A DNA stretch of 64,000 nt. Source: a virus (taxonomy: Duplodnaviria > Caudoviricetes). The stretch's first letter is position 1. Every line of letters starts with the position of its first letter. Of the stretch, positions 14,179-23,688 are shown piece by piece. A program made the translations under genes and the position numbers. The stretch lies in IMG/VR virus record IMGVR_UViG_3300025387_000009. One strand, given 5' to 3'. The notes under the pieces are model-generated. The model ran no database searches. It worked only from the letters and a program-made list of their open reading frames with translations, and was not told where the DNA came from.

Positions 14179-15843
14179 TCAAGCTTCGCAGGATTTGCAA
14201 GTCATTATTGAACGAGCAAGCTCCTTTGCAGGATTGGTTGATCTCTGGTAATAGAGAGACTTAATGCCCTGCTCCCAAGCAAAAATGATAAGTTCATTAA
14301 CTGCTTTCGGCGGAGTACCAGCTGGTATAAGCATATTTAAACTCTGACCTTGATCAATATATTTTTGACGAGCCGCAGCTTGAATAATAATTTCTTTCTG
14401 TGATGTCTCTTCAAAGGTCTTGAATACATCTTTTTCTTCTTGGGTAAGGAAATCCAAATGCTGAACAGATCCACTATGCTTGAGAATGTCCATCCAGGTT
14501 TCCTCGTCATTCTTCCCCTTTTCCTTTAAGAGTTTCTTGAGATAAGGATTCTTATATGAAAATTTACCCTTGGCAAGATCCTTGACATAATAGTTACTAT
14601 TATTTGGTTCAATACTTGGGGAGACTTGCCCTAGGATGAACGAGGATGAAGTTGTAGGGGCTACAGCAAGCGTTGTAGTGTTTCTGCGACCATAACCTTT
14701 AAGAAGGTCTGGTTCACCAATCAATTCAGAAAGTTCTTTTGTTGCTTTGTCTGCTCTCTCACGAATAGTTTTCCAAATCGTATTATTAAGGAATTTTGCT
14801 TCCATTGATTCAAATGCAATCATCTTGGATTGAAGGAGTGAATGCCAACCAAGAACACCAAGTCCCAATGCACGATGACGAATTGCAAAATTGCGAGGTG
14901 CTTCCATGAACTTCATTCCTTCAGTTTTATTGATGAATTCAGTCATTACTGCATCCAAGAAAAAGATCATTGTTTCAACCGCATCAGTGTCTTTCCAATC
15001 TTCCCATCTTTCCAAATTCATTGAAGAAAGATCACATACAAATGATTCATCTTCACTATTAGGAAGCATGATTTCTGTACAAAGATTTGATTGTGTGATC
15101 TTCATTCCTTTCTGTCTGTAAACCAAAGGTGCTCTATTGTTTACATTATCGGTAAAGAAAATATAAGGATAACCAGACTCAAATCTTTTCTTGAGAACAA
15201 GACCCCAAATTCTCCTCTTTTCTTTATCACCATCGAGCATGGACTTCATCCATTCGTCAGTGATAGTAACACCAATTGAAAGATCTTGAATTTCATTTCC
15301 TTCTCCACGAATTTTAAGGAACTCTTCGATATCTCCATGATCTATAGGAAGATATGCCGCAAAAGATCCACGACGAACATTACCTTGAGATACAACTCCC
15401 ATTAGTTTATCGAACAACTCCATGAAATGAACTGATCCAGTTGACTCACCACCGGATGCAATTGTTGCACCTCTTGATCTCAAATCACCAAAGTAAGCTG
15501 ATGTTCCACCACCATTCTTTGTCATGATGCCCACTTCAGAAACCTTCTCAAGAATTCCTGACATTGTATCGGGAATATGAGACCCAAAACATGAAATGGG
15601 AAGTCCACGTTTACGACCAAAGTTTGACCAGATGGGACTAGCCAACGAGTAATAGCCTAAATGCATATAATTCTCAAATTTCTTTGCAAAGTCTTTTTGA
15701 TTTAAAATTTTTTCCGCTGCTTTTGCGATATCAGAAATTCTTTGTTCTGGTGTTTCATCCTCTAACAAATATCCTCTTTGAAGGAACTTTCTGGAATCTT
15801 TGTTAAGCCAATAAATATCGGGATGCTGCGTTTCGGTACTCAT
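14179..15843 (-). CDS. nrdA: Ribonucleotide reductase alpha subunit (short, no ATP-cone; NrdAi/class Id-like)
   Basis: PISCF, QSNLCTEI, AVAPTTSSS, KSLYYQR, C-terminal CKSCEA; 554 aa. Confidence 0.96.
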   Translation of the reverse strand: MSTETQHPDIYWLNKDSRKFLQRGYLLEDETPEQRISDIAKAAEKILNQKDFAKKFENYMHLGYYSLASPIWSNFGRKRGLPISCFGSHIPDTMSGILEKVSEVGIMTKNGGGTSAYFGDLRSRGATIASGGESTGSVHFMELFDKLMGVVSQGNVRRGSFAAYLPIDHGDIEEFLKIRGEGNEIQDLSIGVTITDEWMKSMLDGDKEKRRIWGLVLKKRFESGYPYIFFTDNVNNRAPLVYRQKGMKITQSNLCTEIMLPNSEDESFVCDLSSMNLERWEDWKDTDAVETMIFFLDAVMTEFINKTEGMKFMEAPRNFAIRHRALGLGVLGWHSLLQSKMIAFESMEAKFLNNTIWKTIRERADKATKELSELIGEPDLLKGYGRRNTTTLAVAPTTSSSFILGQVSPSIEPNNSNYYVKDLAKGKFSYKNPYLKKLLKEKGKNDEETWMDILKHSGSVQHLDFLTQEEKDVFKTFEETSQKEIIIQAAARQKYIDQGQSLNMLIPAGTPPKAVNELIIFAWEQGIKSLYYQRSTNPAKELARSIMTCKSCEA

Positions 15844-15901
15844 AAAATTTATATGTTTATACTAATAGTTTGCATTTAAAATAGCAATCAAATTTTAAAT
15901 T

Positions 15902-16324
15902 TTATTTTACTATTGTTGTATCTGGAATATCTTCTTCAGGTACAAGATAAATGTTAACCGTAGTTTTCTTTTCTATATCTTTAGCTTTCTTTAGTCTGTT
16001 TAATCCATCAGCTACAGATAATCCATATCTATTATTTTTAATAACTAGTAATGGAAAAGATGTATCAGCTTTCATCATTCTAGCTGTTGATTTTTCTGGA
16101 TCTGCTTGATTTTGTTTATTCCACCATTCAAGATTATGTTCTAAATCTTTAATAGGAAAATTTGTTTTATAATATTTGTCTTTATTTTGTTCAGCAAATT
16201 CGATAACTTTATTAACTGATCTTTTAATACCATTGTCATCTTTCATCATACCAAGATCTGATGTTTCATTTTCTAAAATTTGTTGATAAGCATTCTCTAA
16301 TAAAATTGTATCTTTATCTCTCAT
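15902..16324 (-). CDS. ParB/Srx-like domain protein with LLENAY leader
   Basis: ADTSFPLLV...VADGLNRLKKA resembles the ParB-N motif; TAAATA 5 nt upstream. Confidence 0.55.
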   Translation of the reverse strand: MRDKDTILLENAYQQILENETSDLGMMKDDNGIKRSVNKVIEFAEQNKDKYYKTNFPIKDLEHNLEWWNKQNQADPEKSTARMMKADTSFPLLVIKNNRYGLSVADGLNRLKKAKDIEKKTTVNIYLVPEEDIPDTTIVK

Positions 16325-16335
16325 TTGAATATTTA

Positions 16336-17307
16336 TTAAAATAATTCAGATTCATCAAAACATTGATCCTTCTTTGCGTATTCGGTTGGCTTTTGGAAAA
16401 AAAAGTCAGTCATATTATTTCCAAGTAATTCTTCTGTAAACCACTTAGTTTCTTTAAGAATTTCCTTATCAACTTCAAATGCTTTTCTGAAACCAATCTG
16501 AACAAGTGATTCATTGATACGATTCTTTATGAATTCTTTAACAATAGGTGCGCTAAGACCTTCTTCTTGAATTCCGTTGATCATCCAATCGACAATTTTT
16601 GCTTCAGATTTAAATGCTTCTTCTGCTTCGGAGATAATTTTGTTTTCAAGTTCTTCATCAAAAAATTCTGGATATTCAGAACGAATTGTATTGATGATCT
16701 TGATACCAACGAGAGCATGAATATTCTCTTCGTTGCGAGTATACTTTACTTGCTGATCTGTGTCCTTAAGAACGTTCTTAAAACGAGCAAACCAATTGAT
16801 TACATAGAACTGCGAGAAGAGTGAAACATTCTCAACAAATAAAGTAAAAAGAATGATAGCATAAAGATATTGCTTCTTTGAATCCTTATAATACTTGTGA
16901 GTATACTTGCGGAGATATTTCACACGACCTTCAATCCATTCAAGTTTAAGATTCTTTTCAAAAACATCTTCAAGACCAAGAACAGAAATTAAACGCTCGT
17001 AAGCATTATTGTGAATAACTTCTGTATTTGCCATTACATATCCAAGATCTTGCATGGCAGGATGTGGAAGATTCTCACCAAGCTTTGCCCAGAAAGTTTT
17101 GACTGCAATTTCAATTTGACCAATAGCAGAAAGAGTGCGAATAATAATTTCTCTCTCTTGTTCGGTGAGATTCACTTTGAATTGCTGAACATCTGATTTG
17201 AATGAGAATTCTTTATCTGTCCAGAAGCCATTGTGCATTGCTTCAATGAATTCTTCTGTCCAAGGATAAAGGTTGGGTTTACGGCTGATTTGTTCTTCGA
17301 ATATCAT
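16336..17307 (-). CDS. nrdB: Ribonucleotide reductase beta subunit (class Id-like)
   Basis: QIEIAVKTFW, NTEVIHNNAY, LFVENVSLFSQF, NEENIH. Confidence 0.96.
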   Translation of the reverse strand: MIFEEQISRKPNLYPWTEEFIEAMHNGFWTDKEFSFKSDVQQFKVNLTEQEREIIIRTLSAIGQIEIAVKTFWAKLGENLPHPAMQDLGYVMANTEVIHNNAYERLISVLGLEDVFEKNLKLEWIEGRVKYLRKYTHKYYKDSKKQYLYAIILFTLFVENVSLFSQFYVINWFARFKNVLKDTDQQVKYTRNEENIHALVGIKIINTIRSEYPEFFDEELENKIISEAEEAFKSEAKIVDWMINGIQEEGLSAPIVKEFIKNRINESLVQIGFRKAFEVDKEILKETKWFTEELLGNNMTDFFFQKPTEYAKKDQCFDESELF

Positions 17308-17328
17308 AAAATTTAATCTTTAATTGTA

Positions 17329-17712
17329 TTAGTTTTTCTTTGCGGTTGAAAGCTTTTTTTTCTTCTTTTTTGGTCGGTTTAAAATGTGTTTTTGTAGTTC
17401 TGATTTGTAAAGTTTCATCGAAATATGTTTGAGGAAGAGAGCATGATCTAAGTGAGAAACTAAATTTCTAACTCTTGATTCGGCATATAAAACTTGTGTC
17501 TCGCACCAGTTCGGTTCTAGATAATGTATACACTCATGGTATGCTGTTGAAAGTAATTCTCCTGCTGGATTAAATTCTAGGTCAGTCCAATTACAGTATC
17601 CATGTGTACCTCTCATTTTTCTAAATGAGAAAAATTCGGGGGGTTTTCTTCTTGCTAAATTAAGACATCTATTATAAAGTTTTTTTGTTTTAATCTTTCC
17701 TAGCTTCTCCAT
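17329..17712 (-). CDS. Basic protein with HExxH zincin-like motif
   Basis: TAYHECIHY. Confidence 0.6.
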   Translation of the reverse strand: MEKLGKIKTKKLYNRCLNLARRKPPEFFSFRKMRGTHGYCNWTDLEFNPAGELLSTAYHECIHYLEPNWCETQVLYAESRVRNLVSHLDHALFLKHISMKLYKSELQKHILNRPKKKKKKLSTAKKN

Positions 17713-17718
17713 ACCCTA

Positions 17719-17916
17719 TTATTTATCTTTTTTCGGAGCCGTTGGCGAACCCCTAAAAATGGCATTTAATATGATAAGTAACGCTAAAATTGATGCCCAA
17801 TCTTGAATGTTGTAAACTATCCCAAGTTTAAAAATATTATTTAAACTCCATATAATAATCAGCGGTAAGACCAAAAGAGAAAAAAGGACAAAAGTAATAA
17901 TAATTGCAGTTTTCAT
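17719..17916 (-). CDS. Small membrane protein (2 TM)
   Basis: Two hydrophobic helices; has its own promoter. Confidence 0.7.
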   Translation of the reverse strand: MKTAIIITFVLFSLLVLPLIIIWSLNNIFKLGIVYNIQDWASILALLIILNAIFRGSPTAPKKDK

Positions 17917-17922
17917 TGAATT

Positions 17923-17951
17923 ATTATCTAATAATGCGGGTTAAATGTCAA
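17923..17951 (-). promoter_or_regulatory. Sigma70 promoter, leaderless geometry
   Basis: Minus strand TTGACA, 17 nt, GATAAT, 6 nt, ATG 17916. Confidence 0.6.
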
Positions 17952-17966
17952 ATGAAAAGAATTATA

Positions 17967-17994
17967 TTGCTTTATACGATACCTATGGTAAAAT
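17967..17994 (+). promoter_or_regulatory. Sigma70 promoter with extended -10
   Basis: TTGCTT 17967-17972, 16 nt, TG-n-TAAAAT 17989-17994, 8 nt, ATG 18003. Confidence 0.55.
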
Positions 17995-18002
17995 TTATAC
18001 CT

Positions 18003-19217
18003 ATGTTTAAGTTAAAGGAATCAAAAATATTCAGACACGGAGATCAATCCAGAGATCTTTATGCGCCTTCTACTGGTAGCGATTTTAACGTAAATCGCTA
18101 TATACTAATGACATATGATACATCTCCGTCAACTTTATATTTTGATGAAAAGTTTAATGAAGACATTTTTGATTTTTTAATGGAAAACTCTAAACTGATT
18201 AAATTCAGTTCAACCGGAAAATTAATTCAATTATCAAAAAACAGTAAACATTTTAGAGGTGGAAGTTTTTGGTTTAAATACAAAGATGTTTATATAAAAA
18301 TTTCAGCCGCTGGTGAAGAGGATGAATTTCAGGGAATGGATTTAAAGGGTATGCCTTTTTCTTTTGACTTGGATGACAATGCCAGAAAGGACGAAAGAAT
18401 CAAACCAAAGAAGTACGATTTGGCGATTGCTGCTCCTTCTCATGTGCAAGATTATCACCTAGAAGACTTTGCAAAATTCATTATAAATGAACAAGGTTCA
18501 AAGGTTCATTTGTTTATCAAAAATCAATATGGGGATTATGCATTTGAACCAATTAGCGTTAACATCCCAGAAGATATTAATCTTGAGCTAAACTATGGTT
18601 CTAAGTTTTTGGAAACCGATAAGACTATCAAAGACAGATTGAGTAGTAGTAAGGGTGGATTGTTTATGTTTCACGGACCACCAGGCACGGGCAAGACCAC
18701 TTATATTAAATATTTGGCGAGTCAAATTGATAGGGATTTTATTTATATTCCCACCACAATGATTGAGACTTTTACATCTGATCCAAATTGTTTGAGTATT
18801 CTTATACAGAAACCAAACTCTGTTATTATTTTGGAAGATGCAGAAAAAGCTATTATGAAAAGACACGGTGATGGAATGGATTCTTCTGCTGTATCTTCAT
18901 TGCTTAATCTGTCTGATGGTATTATGAGTGATATCTTAAAGACTTCTGTTATATTGACTTATAATTGCCCCAAGAACGAAATTGATTCTGCTCTTAGGAG
19001 AAAAGGAAGATTGCAGGTTGATTATGAATTTGGAGCGTTGTCTATAACTGATGCAAAAAAATTAGCAAAGAGTCTTAAATATAGCAAGAAAACGATTGAT
19101 GGTATTACCAAAGCAACTTCCGTTGCTGATATTTATAACCTAGAAAAAGACGTAGATTTAAACGAAGAAAAACCAAATGAAGATAAAGAAAGAGTCATCG
19201 GATTTGCAAGATCTTAA
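18003..19217 (+). CDS. AAA+ ATPase
   Basis: Walker A HGPPGTGKT, Walker B IILEDAE, SRH ALRRKGR; start chosen from the promoter position (ORF track starts at 17904). Confidence 0.88.
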   Translation: MFKLKESKIFRHGDQSRDLYAPSTGSDFNVNRYILMTYDTSPSTLYFDEKFNEDIFDFLMENSKLIKFSSTGKLIQLSKNSKHFRGGSFWFKYKDVYIKISAAGEEDEFQGMDLKGMPFSFDLDDNARKDERIKPKKYDLAIAAPSHVQDYHLEDFAKFIINEQGSKVHLFIKNQYGDYAFEPISVNIPEDINLELNYGSKFLETDKTIKDRLSSSKGGLFMFHGPPGTGKTTYIKYLASQIDRDFIYIPTTMIETFTSDPNCLSILIQKPNSVIILEDAEKAIMKRHGDGMDSSAVSSLLNLSDGIMSDILKTSVILTYNCPKNEIDSALRRKGRLQVDYEFGALSITDAKKLAKSLKYSKKTIDGITKATSVADIYNLEKDVDLNEEKPNEDKERVIGFARS

Positions 19218-20013
19218 TTTTAATGGACTAATAGTATTAGAGGATGCTTTCTCTGATATTAAGTTTTTTGAAAAGGATCATCATTATGAAATTGATGGTA
19301 AGAGGGCAGAAATGTCTGTATCTCAACTCATTAGCAAATATGAAAAACCATTTGATAAAGCTATTGCTCATAGGGTTGCCAAGAGAGACGGTAAACTCGT
19401 AGAAGATGTTCTTTGGCAATGGGATTATAATAAAGATTATTCTTGTCATAAAGGAAATGAATTTCATTTGATGGTAGAAGAATTTTACCAAAGAAGAACT
19501 ATTCCTATTGATAAGGAAAATATTATTAATTTTTTCAGAAAGAAACAGAATGATTATCATACAGATGATCAGCTTGCCACATATTATATGGAAATTGCTC
19601 ACCTGCTTAAAAACTTCAAAAATTTTTATGAATGGTGGAAGCAAGATCATATTCTTTTAAAATCCGAATTTGTTATAGGTGATAGAGAAAAAAGAATTTG
19701 TGGTACTATTGATAACCTTTCTTATAATAAGAAAACTGGTAAATTGATGTTATTTGATTACAAAACCAATAAAGAAATCAAAAGGGAGGGTTATAAAGGC
19801 GAAACAATGTTGCCTCCGATTGATAGCGTTCCTAAATGTGAACTTGGGAAATATAGCCTTCAGCTTTGTTTATACAAATTAATCTTGGAGAGAAATACGC
19901 CATTTGAAGTGGGTGATTGTAAAGTTATTTGGGTTGCTGGCGAAGATGACTACGAACTGATAAGTATTTTGAATCTAGAAAAAGAAGCAGAAATACTTTT
20001 AAATAACGCATGA
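19177..20013 (+). CDS. PD-(D/E)XK (Cas4/RecB-like) exonuclease
   Basis: SVSQLI, GNEFH, LKSEFVI...CGTIDNL...LFDYKT, YSLQLCLY. Confidence 0.85.
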   Translation: MKIKKESSDLQDLNFNGLIVLEDAFSDIKFFEKDHHYEIDGKRAEMSVSQLISKYEKPFDKAIAHRVAKRDGKLVEDVLWQWDYNKDYSCHKGNEFHLMVEEFYQRRTIPIDKENIINFFRKKQNDYHTDDQLATYYMEIAHLLKNFKNFYEWWKQDHILLKSEFVIGDREKRICGTIDNLSYNKKTGKLMLFDYKTNKEIKREGYKGETMLPPIDSVPKCELGKYSLQLCLYKLILERNTPFEVGDCKVIWVAGEDDYELISILNLEKEAEILLNNA

Positions 20014-20744
20014 ACAGAGAATTATTATTAACAATTGAATACTTAAAATCAAAAAATAAAGTATTACTATTATCGACAAGTAGTAGGGCAGAAAGTTCTA
20101 AGGATACACCAAAAAGTAAACGTATCGCTCAGCGTATTCAAGAAGCACTCGGAAAAGATAAATGCGTTTTAATTGATATCACTCAATTAAAAATTAATAG
20201 TTGCCAAGGAAACGTAAGCGAATCAACCGGAAATACTTGTGGGGTAAAGGATGCAGTCTTAAAAGATAAAAAGAAAAACCCAAGTGGTTATCATCGTTGT
20301 TGGTGTTCAATAGCTAATAAAGACGATGAACTTTGGAAAATTACAAAGGAGCTATTTGAATCCGATGCTGTTGTATTTTTAGGGTCGGTGCGTTGGGGTC
20401 AAACTAATTCAAATTACCAAAGATTAATTGAAAGATTGGATTGGATTGAAAATCGTTGGGCATCATTAGGAGAAGATAATGTTATTTCAGATATTGATGC
20501 AGGAGTAATTTTAATCGGTCATAATTGGAATGGTCATAATGTTTTAAGAACACAGAAACAAGTTTTAAAATTTTACGGTTTTAAGGTTCCTCATGAATTA
20601 TCATGGAATTGGCAATATACAAAAAATGAATTAGATGAGAGTTTAGAAGGATATAAACAAGATCCAAAAGTTTTTGAAAAGGTTTTTAATATTGTTATCG
20701 AATTAAAAGAATCTTTTAGAAATTGGATTACGCAAAGATTATGA
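20010..20744 (+). CDS. Flavodoxin-fold NADPH-dependent FMN reductase / iron-sulfur flavoprotein-like protein
   Basis: STSSR..S, Cys cluster (SCQG..TCG..RCWC), SDAVVFLGSVRWG. Confidence 0.75.
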   Translation: MNRELLLTIEYLKSKNKVLLLSTSSRAESSKDTPKSKRIAQRIQEALGKDKCVLIDITQLKINSCQGNVSESTGNTCGVKDAVLKDKKKNPSGYHRCWCSIANKDDELWKITKELFESDAVVFLGSVRWGQTNSNYQRLIERLDWIENRWASLGEDNVISDIDAGVILIGHNWNGHNVLRTQKQVLKFYGFKVPHELSWNWQYTKNELDESLEGYKQDPKVFEKVFNIVIELKESFRNWITQRL

Positions 20745-20923
20745 ATTTAAATCCTGATGATGGTAAAGAATTAGGTTATCAGTTTTTAGATACACGATTC
20801 ACTGGTACGCAAACGCCCTTTTTATCAGGGATTTGTGACCCAGAGATTGCTGATTTTATATTACCATGTGACAGAGGAGTTGCCAATAATTTGATTGATG
20901 TTGAATTAAAACCATATTTTTAA
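20741..20923 (+). CDS. Hypothetical protein
   Basis: ATGA overlap with upstream gene. Confidence 0.55.
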   Translation: MNLNPDDGKELGYQFLDTRFTGTQTPFLSGICDPEIADFILPCDRGVANNLIDVELKPYF

Positions 20924-20974
20924 AAAAAATTTGTGGAAATGGAATGTGTGAAGAGTAAATATTCAAAACAACAT

Positions 20975-21883
20975 ATGAAACAAGATCCTCTCACATCAGC
21001 GTATATGAAAGTACTCAACGAAAATGCAACCTCTGGAAAAGTCAATGGACAATCCTTAAAAGTTGGAGCACCATTCGGTGATGCTTCTAATCAAAAAAAC
21101 GCAGAGACTTTTTATAAAGATTCTGGAACAGATAAAGTTGCAAAAGATGTTAAGAAGCCAGTAGAAGCTCCTGCTGAACTTTCAGAAGATCCAGAAAACG
21201 AGCCAAAGGAATATAAGGCTAGTGAGAAGTTAACTTTAAAGGATTCATTAAATCCATTTGACGCATTATATAACAAGATCATTTCTGAAGATTCATTCTC
21301 CTTTGGTTCAGAGGAAGGCGTAGAACCAGAAGACAATTTTGGTGGACCTGAAGGCATCGGTCACGGTGATGAAGAATTAAGTGACGACGAAATGTTTGGT
21401 GACGATGACGAGGTTGAGGATTTTGAAGAAGACGAACACGAGGATTTAGAATCTCTTGTTTCCCAGCTTAAAGAACTCGTTGGTAAGCTTGAGTCTCACT
21501 TAGAGGGTCACATTGAACATGAAGAGGAAGGTGAGGAGCATGATGAATTACCAGAAGATTCAAGAGAAGATGGCTCTGAAGAGGGTGAAGAGGAAGAGGA
21601 AGTTAGTGAGGAATCAGTTGAAGCTGAAGTTCTTGGACACGCTCTCGTTGATCAAGAAAAATTAGAAGCTGGTCAAACCAAGAAGTCAGTATTCACAGTT
21701 AAGGGTGCAGTTCCAAAAGCTGGTTCAAAGGCAACTGTAGAAAAGGGTAAGAAGGCAACAGGTAAGCCAGAAAACTTTGAAAACAAAGAAGGAATTAACA
21801 AATACCAGAAGCAGGGTAATTCATACGATGCAAAGGGCGTTAAGGTTGGTAAGTTCCTCTTTGACGATCAGCGTGGAGAATAA
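20975..21883 (+). CDS. Highly acidic late protein, probable prohead core/internal protein
   Basis: TAAATA 20956-20961 upstream; E/D-rich middle; VLNE and IISE sites resemble T4 prohead-protease sites. Confidence 0.6.
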   Translation: MKQDPLTSAYMKVLNENATSGKVNGQSLKVGAPFGDASNQKNAETFYKDSGTDKVAKDVKKPVEAPAELSEDPENEPKEYKASEKLTLKDSLNPFDALYNKIISEDSFSFGSEEGVEPEDNFGGPEGIGHGDEELSDDEMFGDDDEVEDFEEDEHEDLESLVSQLKELVGKLESHLEGHIEHEEEGEEHDELPEDSREDGSEEGEEEEEVSEESVEAEVLGHALVDQEKLEAGQTKKSVFTVKGAVPKAGSKATVEKGKKATGKPENFENKEGINKYQKQGNSYDAKGVKVGKFLFDDQRGE

Positions 21884-21903
21884 TATAAAATAAATAAATT
21901 AAG

Positions 21904-21929
21904 AAAAGCCCTCTTCGGAGGGCTTTTTT
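21904..21929 (+). terminator. Rho-independent terminator
   Basis: AAAAGCCCTC-TTCG-GAGGGCTTTTTT with a C(UUCG)G tetraloop. Confidence 0.93.
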
Positions 21930-21946
21930 GTTGGTAAGTAATAATA

Positions 21947-22321
21947 ATGAACTTTAAGCAATTTTTCTTAGAAAGAAGCGGTCACGCTCATCAATCAAAT
22001 GCAGCAGCAACTGGTGCAAAGTTAGCTAGTCATGATATAAAAAAGAGTATGTCACTTGTTGCTAAAGATGTTACGAAGAAGCAAATGCTTGGTGTTAATA
22101 ATCCAAAACTCAAAAGAGCAAAGGAAGCACCCAAAGGTACAAAGGTTCCTTTGATTTCAACAACGCCTAATCTTAAAAAATTAAAATCTGCTGGTAACCC
22201 AATCAATTTTAATAAGATAGGAAAAGAAGGTAAAACATTAGCGGCTGGTAAAAACGGTGAGAGAGTTAAAGTTCACAGAAATCCTTTAACAGGAAAACTC
22301 TTTTTGAAAAAAGGAAAGTAA
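21947..22321 (+). CDS. Basic late protein with MNFKQFFLE leader
   Basis: TAAGTA 21935-21940 lies 6 nt upstream; leader resembles the T4 capsid-targeting sequence. Confidence 0.7.
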   Translation: MNFKQFFLERSGHAHQSNAAATGAKLASHDIKKSMSLVAKDVTKKQMLGVNNPKLKRAKEAPKGTKVPLISTTPNLKKLKSAGNPINFNKIGKEGKTLAAGKNGERVKVHRNPLTGKLFLKKGK

Positions 22322-22322
22322 A

Positions 22323-22952
22323 ATGGAATCACTACGTTATTTAAATAAAGGAATTAACTCCAATGAAAGACAACTTTTCAGTAACTACTGGAAAGAACAA
22401 ATTCATGTTAATGGTCAATTGATAAACTATTATCAAAACCAAACTGCATTGTCTGGTGTTAATGTTCTTTACGGTGAAGAACCAAGTGCAGGATTTGCTC
22501 CACCAAAACAAATGATTGTTTTATTAAACCTCAGTAATGATTCATATTTGCTTTCTAAATTCGGTATTATTGCTGATAGTGATATGAATGGAGTTTTACA
22601 CCCTGATGATTTCACAACTGCTTTTGGTTTGTCAAGCGAACCAAAACCAAGTGATCTTCTGCAACTAGTAGAATTTGGAAGCGATAGAATCAATTTTCCT
22701 AAACGTGGAGCTACTGTATATGAACTAACAGAGGTTATCGATGAATTTGTAATCAATGCATTGGGTGGTCACTATGTTTGGTTCTTTAAGGCGAAACGTT
22801 ACGATTACAGCTACGAACCAGGTTCGCCAGGTTCTGGAGAAGGTAATAAACCAATCAATGACAACGATGCATTGGAAGCATTGGCAGATAGTAACTTTAA
22901 TTATCCATCCGATAACCCTTGTGCTAATACCAGCGTTTACGGCGAATATTAA
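22323..22952 (+). CDS. gp14: Neck protein (T4 gp14-like)
   Basis: Size and motifs (EQI..G..I.Y, LYGE, KFG, PKPSDL, Y....KRYDYS) recall gp14; recognised from memory. Confidence 0.65.
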   Translation: MESLRYLNKGINSNERQLFSNYWKEQIHVNGQLINYYQNQTALSGVNVLYGEEPSAGFAPPKQMIVLLNLSNDSYLLSKFGIIADSDMNGVLHPDDFTTAFGLSSEPKPSDLLQLVEFGSDRINFPKRGATVYELTEVIDEFVINALGGHYVWFFKAKRYDYSYEPGSPGSGEGNKPINDNDALEALADSNFNYPSDNPCANTSVYGEY

Positions 22953-23218
22953 ACAAACTGGTACTCGTCTTTTTTAGGATCTTCTTCTTGATAGGCAACA
23001 TCAATATTATGTTCTTGTCTAAGAAGTTTTCTAAGAAATAAATCTTCGGTTGCTTCGATATACTCTCTGATCTTTAAAGGCTTAAAAACAACCTTTTCCA
23101 AAGGAATTTTCTTATCTTCAGCATTATCAATGATAATGTTTACTGCTTCGTAGAATGCCATCCATCTAGCCCACTTAGCACTATCTTCGGTTATAACTTT
23201 CCAAGATTTATTTTTCAT
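22949..23218 (-). CDS. Hypothetical protein
   Basis: ORF track; coupled to upstream minus gene. Confidence 0.7.
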   Translation of the reverse strand: MKNKSWKVITEDSAKWARWMAFYEAVNIIIDNAEDKKIPLEKVVFKPLKIREYIEATEDLFLRKLLRQEHNIDVAYQEEDPKKDEYQFV

Positions 23219-23645
23219 TTGCGACAGTTTGAATTGATGGTATACCAGTAACAGATGGCATATTAACAGGTTCTGTTATTCTTGCAACTACAAATTGTAT
23301 GTTTACGAGATTTGTTTTATTGCAAGAATTGCAAATGAACTCTGCTCTTTCATTTTGATCAGGTAAAAAAGTCATTACATTTGATTTTGAACAATAAGCA
23401 CAATCAAGAATGGTTGATAGTGGTTCAAGGGCATCAAGCTCCTTTTGATAGGTCTTTTGAAAGAAGTAGCTCTTTATTAGAGATGCTACAAAAGAAAATA
23501 GAATATATTGTAGAGCTACAAATAAGGCAAAAGCTGCCCAGAAATTACCACCGATTGTTTTTATGCCCAGTGAACCAATAAGAGATATTACTATAACTGT
23601 TAAGGTAGATCTTATAAAGATCCAAGGTATTTTTATTTTTGACAT
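23208..23645 (-). CDS. Membrane protein with Zn ribbon
   Basis: 2 TM helices, then CAYC...CNSC. Confidence 0.75.
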   Translation of the reverse strand: MSKIKIPWIFIRSTLTVIVISLIGSLGIKTIGGNFWAAFALFVALQYILFSFVASLIKSYFFQKTYQKELDALEPLSTILDCAYCSKSNVMTFLPDQNERAEFICNSCNKTNLVNIQFVVARITEPVNMPSVTGIPSIQTVANEK

Positions 23646-23652
23646 ATAAGCA

Positions 23653-23681
23653 ATATTACAATATTACCTTTATCGTGTCAA
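23653..23681 (-). promoter_or_regulatory. Sigma70 promoter, leaderless geometry
   Basis: Minus strand TTGACA, 17 nt, TAATAT, 7 nt, ATG 23645. Confidence 0.75.
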
Positions 23682-23688
23682 CTATTTT

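Noticed and set aside
19177-20013. Cas4-like nuclease as part of a phage CRISPR system
   Set aside because: No array or other cas genes are present; solo PD-(D/E)XK exonucleases are common in phages.
21300-21620. Apparent GAA/GAG repeats
   Set aside because: Low-complexity Glu/Asp coding in the acidic head protein, not a discrete tandem repeat.
23645-23666. Tandem CAATATTA-CAATATTA over a -10 box as an operator
   Set aside because: Single occurrence in AT-rich DNA; no second site seen.
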